The notes under the pieces were generated by a model. That model had not been told where the DNA came from. It made no database searches and saw only the letters and a program-made list of their open reading frames with translations. Below are positions 21,458-32,315 of a stretch of DNA of 64,000 nucleotides, piece by piece (position 1 is the first letter of the stretch; every line of letters starts with the position of its first letter). Origin of the DNA: Schizochytrium sp. TIO01 (lineage: Eukaryota; Protista; Bigyra: Labyrinthulomycetes); NCBI GenBank assembly GCA_004764695.1, contig SMSO01000035.1, positions 2,356,001 through 2,420,000 on the forward strand, given 5' to 3'. The position numbers and the translations under genes were made by a program.

Positions 21458-21807
21458 AATCGAGAATAAGTTAATCAAATATACGAGTTAAATCGTTTTC
21501 TTGAACAAACGCATATTTAGAAGCTGTTTAATCATCTTGCCTTGATATTGAAAGAGTTTTTGGAAATTGATTATCCTGAGACATAAAAATAAAAGTTTTG
21601 GTGAATCGGGACTACTTTGTTTACAGGTTATTCTAGAAATTTGAGCGAATTCAAAAAGGTTCATCATCCAGATATCCATCATTATGTTGGCACATACTAT
21701 TTTGCATCAAGGGCCACGAGCAACTTTGGACACCTCATTGGCAAGAGCTACTAGTACCAAACTTTTGGCTATCCAAGCAGGTAAAGTCCTCATAATGCTT
21801 TCCTTGT

Positions 21808-22374
21808 TCAAGTGGACAAATCTTCTCTCACAGTCTCACTTTCTGCTTCAGAAGGCTGTGGCGATGCCTCCTGGGACTTTTCCTGCTGTTCTGCAGCTGC
21901 CTTTTTCTGGTGCTCACGAGCTTTTGCAACACCTGCAACGAGAAAGTAAGCAGTGTGACGAAAGAACAACATCATTCTTCTCTTAGAGTCCTCATCAATT
22001 CCGGGGGTCGTATCGAGAGCTTTCTCCATATGGAAAATCCAGCGCTTCGCTCCCGCATGGGTCATACGGAAAGGAATGTGTCGTCCGATGAGCGCAGGAT
22101 GGCCTTTCCGCTGCGAGAACAATGGAGGTCCTCCCATGCGTTGCACCAGAAAGCTGTACTGGTTGATGATTGCTTCCTCTTTGTCGCTTGTTGCAAAGAT
22201 GTCTTTGAACCAAGGGGCGTCATTATCATCATACACCGCATTGTAAAAGTTCGTGGAGAGGGCAACGAAGGTGTTCAGCCCAAGGCGCTCGAACAAATTA
22301 ACCTCATCAATGATGAAAGCATCTTGCTGTGCTACACCACTAAACTGGCATGCTTGCGCATTGATTTGCTGCAT
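21808..22374 (-). CDS. GLB3: Group II truncated (2/2) haemoglobin, plant GLB3-like
   Basis: [14 protein letters not shown]...LSTNFY...[30 protein letters not shown]...RW..HM...[12 protein letters not shown] closely follows plant GLB3 as I recall it. Confidence 0.92.
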   Translation of the reverse strand: MQQINAQACQFSGVAQQDAFIIDEVNLFERLGLNTFVALSTNFYNAVYDDNDAPWFKDIFATSDKEEAIINQYSFLVQRMGGPPLFSQRKGHPALIGRHIPFRMTHAGAKRWIFHMEKALDTTPGIDEDSKRRMMLFFRHTAYFLVAGVAKAREHQKKAAAEQQEKSQEASPQPSEAESETVREDLST

Positions 22375-23265
22375 TTTAGTCTGAGCGTTTCGGATTCGCA
22401 GCCCGTCACTTTCTCGCCAGGTACGTAGTAGCCCAAAACCAAAGCAAACCTTCTCCAGCGAACCGCCACTTCAGTTTTCGCAATTTGCAGCTCCCCCTTC
22501 AATACTATTTGCAAAAACAAACGCCTCGTGAACTCTAAGAGCTTCTGCAAAGTCCCTCAACTTTAGCACAGCCTCTTCCGCCAATGCCTTTCTAAATAAA
22601 GGTCTGTTGCTGCATTCTTGCAAACAGAGATTGATCATCTTCCTTTCATGCAATCGTACAGCTATAAATCGCCGGCACGCGAGGGACGCTTTGCACGAGG
22701 TCCCCGAGGACATCTATCCGCAGGAGTGCACACTCGCAGGCACGTTCGCGCACCCCTTTGCGTTCTCATGGCTTCTCTGTTCTTCTGTTTTTCACTGTGA
22801 TCCCTCTTATTTGTCCAAGAATAACAGAAGTTTTGTTCTCTAAGACAGGCAGGTAGCTAGTCTTCTGTACTCATCGGAAGTTATTATGGCTTTCACCGAG
22901 TTTCCGCTCAATGCCTGGCTTCGGATCGTATTTTATCTTCGGCGTGAATCAAGATTGATGTCCAAAAGTACCAGGTATGGACTATGGTTTATTTGATAGA
23001 ACAAAACAGAACAGAACAAAGAAGAAAAGCGAAGAGAAGAGAAGAGAAGAAAAGAAAGCGAAACCTAGCTAGGTAGGTAGATCTTACATTTTTATTTTTT
23101 TTTAATAATAAAAATTAATAATTAAAGTTGAGATGAAGATGAGAGGCATTCTTTGTTCATTGAAGCGTCGGAATCGGCAGCACAGAATACCGAGAGACCG
23201 AGATTGATCTAGATGCAAAATGATCTGCCTAGACTGGCAGGAGCAAATTCAAAAGCAAAACTGTA

Positions 23266-24208
23266 ATGGCACTCGCAGCAACTCATATTGCAAGACGTTC
23301 TGGGTCTGATTTTGCACAAACCCTCCGCTTTCTAAGAAGTCGCTCAAAAACTGCGTTGACTAGATCAACATCGTCTTTTGGCGTGCTAGCTCACCGACCT
23401 TTAGGAGCGTTTCCATCTCAAGGTGCGACAAGAACCATGTCAGGCCTTGTTCAAGCTGGTCCTGAGGCTACCTTTCAGCCTTCTAGCGTAGATGATGTAA
23501 GCTTTGATGGCCGCCTTGTCCTTTTCAACAACCGTGTTTGCCCGTTTGGACAGCGAGCGTGGTGGGCCCTGTTGGAGAAGGATGTCAAGGATTTTGACTA
23601 CCAGCACATCGATCTTCGCGATACCAAGCCTGCATTTTACATGGAGTCTGTGAACCCTTCCGGAACCGTGCCTTGCCTTTACGACGATGGTAACGCCGTG
23701 TTTGAGTCTTTGATCTGTGCAGAGTTTGTTGAGGACAAGTTCCCAGGCCAGGGCACTGCATTGCTCCCCAGTGACGCCTTCGAGCGTGCTGCTGTCCGCA
23801 TGGTCATCGGCTACTGGGACAAGGTAATTCCTCTTCTTTATAGGCTGTTGCGCAACCCTGATGAATCAAAGGATGAGGAGATTGTCAAGGACCTCAAGTC
23901 TGCTCTTGCAAAGGTCAACAGTGCTTTCGAAAAGCAATCTGAGGGACCTTACTTCTTGGGAGATCGCTTTTCTCTTGCTGACCTTGCGATTGGCACCCTT
24001 CATCGACCGTCTCTCTGTTGTGCTTCCCCACTACCGCTCATTTGATCCTTTTCCTGCTGACTGCGCTGAGGTTTCTCGCATTGTTCGCATGTACGAGGAG
24101 GTGAAAACCCGCCCCGCTTTCCAAACAACCGCACAAGACCCCGAGTACTATATTCATGCGTATTCCTCCTACGGAGAACCTAAGCGGGAGATTAAAGCCT
24201 CCTTGTAA
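23266..24208 (+). CDS. Cys-dependent glutathione transferase (omega/lambda/DHAR-like) with N-terminal presequence; apparent +1 frameshift at about 23992
   Basis: CPFGQR active site, VNPSGTVPCL, FESLICAEF, GPYFLGDRFSLADLAI. Removing one G at 23992-23993 gives the expected ...LAIAPFIDRL... and joins ORF 23266-24045 to ORF 23861-24208. Confidence 0.85.
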
Positions 24209-25852
24209 GGAAATCTATAATACGAGCGAGCTTCACTCGAAATGCATTGATGGATTTATGAGTTAGTGATAGTAAGTATAGAGAGACGGTGCAGAATTTA
24301 CGATATCGCCAAACTACATGGTTATTAGGTATCTCGCATTTGCCACCAAGTACTGTTTTTTTTTGTTTTTTCAAAGGTGTGGGCATAGTCTTTCTGCTTG
24401 CTTCTCTGTTTTCTAATTAATCTTTTTTATAAAAGTCATTTAGAACAAAGCGTAAAATAAAATTTCAATCTCTGCGAAGAACCATTTTGTACAAAGGAGT
24501 TCAGTCTTAGCATCCATGTCTCTAGCCGAAAGTTGTCGTGAAGGCAACTATGAAGAGTTCTATGTCGTCTAAATTCCCTGACGTGTTCATACAACATCAC
24601 TCAGCTATTTCTACGACCAACACTTGGTAATCTCACGCAAACATTTACTATGAAACCCGTGGGACTCGGATTGCAAACCTTACTAAACCCTAACAACATA
24701 ACAACATCTCTGAATGCGCAGCTCTTTGTTACTACTTTCACACAAAGTGCGTACGTAGACGCGCGCCTCCCAAAGCTATGGTTCTGAATCAAAACCCTGA
24801 TTGTCATCAAACGTCACTTCTCAAAGCAAAATATTTAATAATAATCAAATCTTCCGGGCACTAAAATTGCCGCCCTAGCTCATTGATAGTCTATAGCAGT
24901 GGTTGAGCACGTTTCCACTTACCTGCTTGGCTATATTTCTTGTGGTCCATGTCTCGCGTCACTATGTAGTAAGTAGTAAGTAGTACAATGAGTTATAGAA
25001 TCCTTTGGTGCGACTTTCGAAAGATGCTTTGACACAACTTCTCACAAAACTTTGATTACAAAACAGAGTAATATGTTGCGATAGAAAGTGTGCATGTAAA
25101 TTATACCACCAATGAGATATAGGGAGAGCACATTCTAAAATTTTTAGCTTATTCTACCTTGTACCTTCATCGTCTGGTTCTGTTTTTCCAGCTAATAGGA
25201 TACCTCATCAAGATTGAAAAAATGGTCATTTCTAGTTTCTATCCATTCCTTCACCTGCGTTGGTTTCTCGAAACATTCGGCAAGGTCCCGTAAAACCACT
25301 CGCAAAAGAGTGCCGATGCATTTGATTTTACTTAACGTCACTTTCATCTGTATCAGTAAAAGTTAGTTATGTGGGGCCTATATTAACTTTGATAAAAAAA
25401 ATTTAAAAAAAGAAGTACTTAATACCTTTCATAGTCCTATGCTTTATCTTTAATAGAAGCTGCTCAACCAAATCAGTCAGCCAGGCAAAACAGAAACCAA
25501 ACGATCGAGCGCAGCCGACTTTTCATTTGCTACTCGAAGAGCATTCAACATTGTACGTTGGCGATATGGCATCGCTGGGAGGCAGGTAGCTGTAATGGAG
25601 AGCTATCTTTGCGACGTGGTCGGGTCCTCGAGTGATGAAGCCGAGGTGAACAAACTTTTGCCCCTTCTCTACCATGGTACTCCTTGTTTTGAGAAGACAT
25701 TTGTAGCTACTGCACTTAAGCCGAGCTGACGTTCCTTTGAGGCTTGGATGTAGCGATGTTTCTCGCCATGGAGGAAGGATGACGTTTATTCTAGTAGACT
25801 AACTCTGTGGATGGGGGGAAAATATGAATCGATGCACAACGTAGAAAATACC

Positions 25853-26153
25853 ATGACTAAGACTGTCTTCAACGTGGAAATGTCGTGCGGTGGCTGCAGT
25901 GGAGCCTGCACCCGCATCCTGAAGAAGATTGATGGTAAGTAACATGCAAGAAGGCTCTCTGCGAAAAATGAAGAAAAACTAACCTTGCCATTTGCTCTGT
26001 GCTATTGACAATTTAGGTGTGGAGAGCGTTGACGCCAACCTTGACACCCAGAAGATCACCGTTGAGCACAGTAGCTCTGTTTCTGCCGAAACGATGCTTG
26101 AGGCCCTCAAGAAATGGGCTGAGAATGCTGGCAAGAAGGTTTCCATCGCCTAA
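25853..26153 (+). CDS. ATX1: ATX1/ATOX1-type copper chaperone (HMA domain), two exons: 25853-25934 and 26017-26153
   Basis: Spliced product MTKTVFNVEMSCGGCSGACTRILKKIDGVESVDANLDTQKITVEHSSSVSAETMLEALKKWAENAGKKVSIA (72 aa) carries MxCxxC and a C-terminal GK. Intron 25935-26016 runs GTAAGT...ACTAAC...TTTAG and keeps the frame. Confidence 0.92.
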
Positions 26154-26735
26154 GCATAGTTTCGATACTACTCCAAAAACTCGGTTGTTCAAGCGAGTGA
26201 TCACGTGGTACAGTAGCGATTTTCTCTTTACATTTTTATGATATCGCGTTTCTAGCTGATACAGCTAGATTCTTCATATAATGATTATGGCATCAGTTTG
26301 CAGATTTTATTTTCTTCCTTCATAATGCTCAAGAGGTAAATCGGCCTCTGCACAACGCACCAAGGCATCTTAGAGTCATTATGTGGGCCGTTTCTCTTCA
26401 TACTCTAAAGTTGATTTTCAGTTCCACACTTTACAAATTTCTGTTATATTCTTGTACTAGCATCCTGCCGAAGGATCAAGCATCTTTTTTTCTTGCCTCG
26501 AAGATCCTGCCAAAACCTGAGATTTGACTCAAAGCAAAGTTCCAAGATCTCGTTTGGAATCTCGACGAATGAGTGGACAAGACCTGCCACGTTCTCTTTT
26601 TTTTTGATAGCAGCCCTGGAAATAGTAACCTGCAAGAACTGCTTGCAAGATTGTTGCTGATCAAGACGTCAAAATTTATAATACATTACAATAAAGCCAT
26701 TTTAAACTAAACGAGAAGCACATGAGATAACATGC

Positions 26736-27441
26736 TCATTTAACTTGGATGAGCTGCTGGCAAACCTGATGCATAAGGCGATTAATTTCACTAGTTTCAT
26801 GTGCGTTCACTTCAATTACGGATGTTTCTCGTGGGATATCCATTTCATAACGAACGTCGGACTCATTCAGTGGCTCATCAGCACGATCTCGAAGCATATC
26901 CTTTTTATTATTAAGCAGAATGATAATGTCCGAGTGTATGAGATCAACCTCATGAAGTAGCTTGTGGAGTTCTTTTTTTGCATCTGGCAAACGTTCACGG
27001 TCAGCAGCATCGACCACAAACAAAATGACATTTGGTTTCATGTTTCTGTAAAAATGACGCCATAATCTCCTCAGCTACATTCGGTATTTAGACATAGTTA
27101 GATCATACTTTATGCACTGGCTCAACAAAATCAGATGTAAAATAACTTACATAAACGGTGCCTGCAAGATCAAAGATATGAAATTGAAATTTCGTCCTGT
27201 TGTATGCGCTTTCGATTATTTTGTAATTGTACCCTACGTCAAATCAAGCCCCACACACGTTCCATTAGTTTGGGTCGCTCCCTTTTTTTTCTTACGTACT
27301 TGGGTACTTACCTTCGGTTGGTGGGATTTCAGGTTCTTGCTGACTGAATCCTGGCTGCCACAGATTCATAAGAATGCTTGTTTTACCCGCGCCATCAAGC
27401 CCTACAAGCACAGCGCTATACTTAGACCTCGTCGCACCCAT
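26736..27441 (-). CDS. Arf-like small GTPase, three exons: 27441-27312, 27233-27151 and 27074-26736
   Basis: Spliced 183 aa: MGATRSK..GLDGAGKTS..PTEGYN..IFDLAGT..LRRLWRHFY..FVVDAADRERL..NKKD. Both introns start GTAAGT and end TAG, and the exon lengths (130+83+339) sum in frame. Confidence 0.85.
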
Positions 27442-28066
27442 CTTGTCCTCCCTGGAAAGGCTTGAGCCCAAAACTCTGGCAAGGGGTACCAAGCAAGCGC
27501 TTTAAAACAACAAGATCTACACTGATTATCGTCTGTACGACCCGTATCCACGCCTCCCGATTCTTTTTGCGCTTCGAAACAGCAGCGTTCGCCGTCTCGA
27601 TGCAAAGCTAACTTTAGCCTTGATTGCTTCTTATAATTCGCGCACTATTTTTCGATAATTACCAAAAGAAAAAGAGAGATGCGATGGGACGAAGCAGGGT
27701 CCTCCTTTTCAGGACTGTCACGGATCGCGATCAAAATCAAAACTCAGAAGCAGATTCCGATTCGCAACGCGAGCGCGTTGCAGGTCAAGGGGCTACTGCG
27801 AAGACTTTGGCGGCGCATAACGGCGCTCCCAGCTGGCTGGAAAGGTTTTGCGTGTCAACTTGCGGGCACACAGTCCCGGATCCGCCCGGATCAAGCCCTG
27901 ACACCTCTTCTGTCGCGAACGGAGCTTGCGCTTCGCCACCAGAAGCACGTTTTAAAGAAAAGGGAAAGCTTGAGGACGAAGCCTTTGGCAGCAATTTATC
28001 TTGCAAGATCGAGAAAGGCACAGCTTGCGATCCTTGTGCATTATTGAGGGTTAGCAAGTAGAATCC

Positions 28067-30124
28067 ATGAGCCGGAAAGCTGCTGCAAGGTCTGGCTTGC
28101 CCCGAGGAGGCAGTGCCCAGGAATACGGAGACTTTGGCGACGTGCAGCTCTCTACGCCAATGTATACAGAACGACGACCCCAGGGTGGCCAAGGCCAAAA
28201 CCAAGGTCAGAGCCAGAGTCAGACGCATAGCCAGTCTGGGGGCAATAGATCTCGACGAGGTCGTGGCCAACAACGCAGAAACCATCCTTCTTCAGCAAAT
28301 GGTGGCGGGGGTGGAGGGCATTCTGGGAACCATCGCCGCACGCGTCGCTCTGGGTCACACGGAGGAGGTGGTGGTACCGACTATGGCAATGGTGGGGGAA
28401 TAAGCCTTTCGTTTACGCGAGAGAGCTATGTGAAAGCAAATTTTACTTTTTGCCTTCACCCGATGACAAAGTCTACCTCGCTACGGGGCCAAGACAACCT
28501 CGAGTGGGACGAGGTCGAATCAGTTTTGGTTAAATCAGACGAGCCCGTGACATGCCCTTTGTGCCTAGACCAAGTACGTGTGCCACGAATGACTACCTGT
28601 GGGCATGTTTTTTGTTGCGTGTGTTTGTATAGACTCTTTGCACATGCCACGGAAACGTGGGAACACTGCCCTTTATGCCAGTCTTTCATCAATGAGAAGG
28701 GTCTGCGCCGCGTATCTGATATAACGATTATCCCGAAAGTTAGCAATGGGGATAAAGTTGATCTTCTCCTCATGGCACGGCCACGAGCTGGCATTGTGGC
28801 GGTGCCAGTGCAAAGTAAAGGCGGGGATTTTGCCCAGAAAAAGCTGCCAAATATTGCTGTGAAGCGCGGTGCATTTTCACGTTTGCTCCTGGAAACAAAA
28901 GATAATGTAACTAAAGTTTGTGGGCGGGAGATAACGGAGTTGCAGTACTTAATGAATGAGGCATATGCCTATGGCGAGACCCTTGCCCCAGATTTGATTC
29001 GACGGGTTTATTCAGAGACACAAGCAACCATGGCACGATGGGCAGATCCAAAGGCCCTTGAGTCGCCTCGAGATACGGACTCGAGCGCACCTATACCATT
29101 TTCTCAGACATCTTCAGCGCATGGGACAGGTCAATCCTTGGACAACCCTGAAGAAGATGTTCACTTTTACCAGATTTCTGATGGGCGCTACATTTTCTTG
29201 GATGCATTTAATGTGCGATGTCTAGCGCATCAATTTGGTACAGATAAATCCCAGTATCCACAAAAGCTTGAGCAAGTTCGCGTTGTGAATGTAGACAATG
29301 TAGTCTGTACACCCGAGGTGGTCAAGCGAAATACATTCCTTGTCCATGTACCGATTCATGCGAATCTGTACTTTGTTGAGGTAGACTTGAGTTCAATACT
29401 GAGCGAGGAAACGATGAATGAGTTTCGCGAGGAGATGAAGGCTCGTGAGCGACGCCGTGCGGCTAAGCTTAAGGCAGAGCGCCGGCACGAAAAGCTCACG
29501 AAAGATCGTTTGAAGCGTCAAGGATTACTTGAGGGCAACCTAGGCTATAACATTGATTACCGTGAATACATGGAACGTCGCAAGGTCCAAGAGGAGGAGA
29601 TCCAGCGTGAGTTAGCTCATGCTTTTGAAGCATCGTTGACTGGTGACGCAGTGTCCGAGGAACAGATCAATGCGATGCTCGATGCAGCCAGTGCCCAGCA
29701 AGCGAATGGTATCTGGGGCAGCACCCCTGCACATATTGGATCATTTGCCTCTATCGTGAACAGCCATGGCCATTTCCCAGAGTTATCTTCATCTCCACCT
29801 TCGAGCTCCAATGTTCTGTCAACGTCTCCCCAATCGACGCAATCGGTGTTATCGTCTTCGCCTGGCCAAACGAATGGTTGGGCAGTCCTCTCTGGACCCC
29901 GAACGAATCCTCCAGCCTCTGTACCAAGGGCAAATCCTACACCTGCATCTTCGCCTTGGGCTGTTCCTGAAGCACCAAAAGGTCCAAGTACCCTGATGGG
30001 GGGAATTCTTATGGACGGAGGTGCAAGTGCAGGGTCGTCTCAGGCCTCATCAAAAGGGAAAGGAAAGTCGAAGGGTAAAAAAGCAGTTCTGATGAGCACT
30101 TCTGCACGGAGGAGCTACAGGTAG
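28067..30124 (+). CDS. RNF10: RING finger E3 ligase RNF10/Mag2 family
   Basis: ESYVKANFTF, W..V, C3HC4 RING CPLCL...TTCGHVFCCVC...CPLC, FYQISDGRYIFL..FNVRCL, FL.HVP...FVEVDL, basic coiled coil, and a C-terminal KGKKAVLMST.ARRSY. Confidence 0.88.
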   Translation: MSRKAAARSGLPRGGSAQEYGDFGDVQLSTPMYTERRPQGGQGQNQGQSQSQTHSQSGGNRSRRGRGQQRRNHPSSANGGGGGGHSGNHRRTRRSGSHGGGGGTDYGNGGGISLSFTRESYVKANFTFCLHPMTKSTSLRGQDNLEWDEVESVLVKSDEPVTCPLCLDQVRVPRMTTCGHVFCCVCLYRLFAHATETWEHCPLCQSFINEKGLRRVSDITIIPKVSNGDKVDLLLMARPRAGIVAVPVQSKGGDFAQKKLPNIAVKRGAFSRLLLETKDNVTKVCGREITELQYLMNEAYAYGETLAPDLIRRVYSETQATMARWADPKALESPRDTDSSAPIPFSQTSSAHGTGQSLDNPEEDVHFYQISDGRYIFLDAFNVRCLAHQFGTDKSQYPQKLEQVRVVNVDNVVCTPEVVKRNTFLVHVPIHANLYFVEVDLSSILSEETMNEFREEMKARERRRAAKLKAERRHEKLTKDRLKRQGLLEGNLGYNIDYREYMERRKVQEEEIQRELAHAFEASLTGDAVSEEQINAMLDAASAQQANGIWGSTPAHIGSFASIVNSHGHFPELSSSPPSSSNVLSTSPQSTQSVLSSSPGQTNGWAVLSGPRTNPPASVPRANPTPASSPWAVPEAPKGPSTLMGGILMDGGASAGSSQASSKGKGKSKGKKAVLMSTSARRSYR

Positions 30125-31829
30125 TCTCGGTCATCCCAATCGACCGTGTTAAATGCTTCTGGCGGAGCTTATAACATTCACTTTGTCGAGTGACGTTTAG
30201 CTGCCGATGTTCTGTTAGCGATAATAGAAAAGTCTCAAGATGACGCTTATTTGTGAGTTTTCCCAGCCTACAGCAAAAAGTAGAAAGAAAGTAATCATGG
30301 TTGCTATAGCAAAGGCCAACTCATCATATGAATTATCCATTATATATTGGATTAAAATGAATAGGAGAAAACATCTGAGGTTCATTGGTTAGACAAATCT
30401 TTAAGATATAGTACCTCTAGCTGTACCTCAAACTGCTCAGCTTGACAAGATGAACTGGCGCGCAAATGCTTTAACATTGAATATTGTTTGTACAAGACAA
30501 ATTTCATTTATACAGCTGGATAATGAAAAAGAAAAAAGAAAATCTAAACTAAACTGTCAAATTGAATTTCGAACACTGAGACTTCGTTGCGTGATTTCTA
30601 AAACGTTATCTACAGAGTATTAATTATTTTTTATTTTTTTTGGGGGGGGGGGGGTCAGGAGGGTGTTTAAATTGCCCTCTTCCGAGGCTTTGTCAGCACT
30701 TTCTATATAGTCAACAAAAATTCAACTTTTTAAAAATTGAATGCAAAGATCCGCCCTGGGTGATAGCTCACTGTTCTACACTATGCGAATGTCTCTTTAA
30801 CAAGCGCAAAAAGGCTGAAGTGTTTCTATACAGCATTTGACGCTTGCAGCGAGCTTCCTACATTGAGCAGCTGCCATTTGGCCTAGAATGTATACATAAA
30901 TGTAAAATGAGAACGATGGAAGATCTTCAGGAGCTTACAAACCAAACTTACCAAGGTGTATGAGCAAGATATGCTTTTCGGGTGGTGACATATCCCAAAA
31001 GAAGACTAAATTAGAGTTCTCTGCACAACCTTATGAAAGTTGCCCAGCCTTGGTTTCACTTGACTTCAACTATTGTGCTACATCCATACGACTAATGATT
31101 GTAGCACAGTTGGCCGATGGCAGCAGGAGGCTTTGCAATCGCCATTTACTATGCAGGGATTTGAGAAATTGACTGTCGCGTGGAGATGGGGAAGGGAAAA
31201 AGAAGATGGAAGAAGTACATTTGGAGCAAAAGGAAAGGGGGGGGGAAGCAGATGCGTGAATTTGTGGATGGATTGATTGGTAGTATGATTGATGGTTGTT
31301 GTTCTGGGCTTGAATTGCCACGTAAAATGTTTGATTTCTCTTGAATACTCTTTTTTTTTTTTTGGCAATCACTAGCTAGGAGCACTTGCATTACATACCC
31401 GATTATCTAACTTGCTTGAAGAGGGAGAATAAGAAACCTTGAACATGGCTGTGGAGCCAACATATGTCGCCTGTACAAACGGAGAAGCAAAGGTCACGGC
31501 AGCAGCAGCAGAGCGGCCGCGATCGGCGCGTAAGCCTGCCCTTACCTTACAGCAGCGCTAAATTTGAATATTTTGTTTCATCTTGCAACAAGGTTCTGAT
31601 GTGTCAGGGAGGGAAGAGTGGAGGAGGAGAGGAGGGAAGAGAAGTACAAGCTGAAGGATAGACAGTAAGACCGCCAGGCTTCAAGGCCTTCAGAGCCCCA
31701 AACCTCGATCTCCGATCTCGAGCCGAATTTCTCAGTGCTTCGAACTTTGTTCGAAATTTTGAAAACTGAAACTCAGCTTCTCTTCTCTCCTTGATGAGCC
31801 CTAGTTGCAGCACGTCTGCAGTCGCCTAT

Positions 31830-32315
31830 TTAGTTCTTGGCACGCTTCGGCTGGTCCTCTTCATCATCGTCGGCCTTACGCTTCTTCGGTGAGCCCTCGT
31901 CGTCGTCATCCTCGTCGTCATCACCGTTGTCGTCGCCGTCGTCGCCGTCATCGCCGTCGTCGCCGTCATCGCCATCATCGTCCTCATCGTCCTCGTCGTC
32001 ATCTCCGGCCTGGAAGTCCTCGTCGTCTTCATCGTCGTTGATGTCGTCTCCAGCGAGTACGGCAAGCTTGTTGCGGTCGTCTTCTTCATCTTCGTCGCCG
32101 TTACCCGCGTCGTCGTCGGCGTTTTCCTCCTCGTCTTCATCGCCGTTGCCGGCGTCGTCGTCGCCCTCGTCGTCGTTTCCCTCGCCGTCGTTGCCGTCGT
32201 CGTCGCCATCCTCGTCGCCGCCCTGGCCGTCGTCGTCCTCGTCGTTGTTGTCATCGACGTCAACGTCCTCCTGGACGTCGTCAACGTCCACGCGTTCTTC
32301 CTCGTTGTCGCTCAT
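31830..32315 (-). CDS. Small hyperacidic (D/E/G-rich) nuclear protein; putative histone chaperone (prothymosin/ANP32-tail-like)
   Basis: 161 aa from ATG 32315 (MSDNEEERV). Strong GAC/GAG codon bias, a central KLAVLAGDDINDDEDDEDF motif, and a C-terminal bipartite NLS PKKRKADDDEEDQPKRAKN. Confidence 0.75.
   Translation of the reverse strand: MSDNEEERVDVDDVQEDVDVDDNNDEDDDGQGGDEDGDDDGNDGEGNDDEGDDDAGNGDEDEEENADDDAGNGDEDEEDDRNKLAVLAGDDINDDEDDEDFQAGDDDEDDEDDDGDDGDDGDDGDDGDDNGDDDEDDDDEGSPKKRKADDDEEDQPKRAKN

Noticed and set aside
23861-24045. Programmed ribosomal frameshifting in the GST (and in the lipase at about 42570)
   Set aside because: No canonical slippery heptamer or obvious stimulatory structure; two independent +1 insertions in short homopolymers fit sequencing error better.
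24684-24694. Telomere-like or telo-box AAACCCTAA
   Set aside because: Isolated copy, expected by chance in AT-rich DNA.
24868-24930. tRNA A-box-like text (TAGCTCATTG, TAGCAGTGGTTGAGCAC) and U1-like ACTTACCTG
   Set aside because: No T-arm GTTC motif or cloverleaf, and no U1 stem-loops or Sm site. ACTTACCTG is just the reverse complement of a splice-donor-like sequence, and I could not build a spliced ORF from it.
27624-28285. ORFs between the Arl and RNF10 genes
   Set aside because: No motifs, mostly non-ATG starts, and they lie in the divergent promoter/5' UTR or antisense to RNF10.
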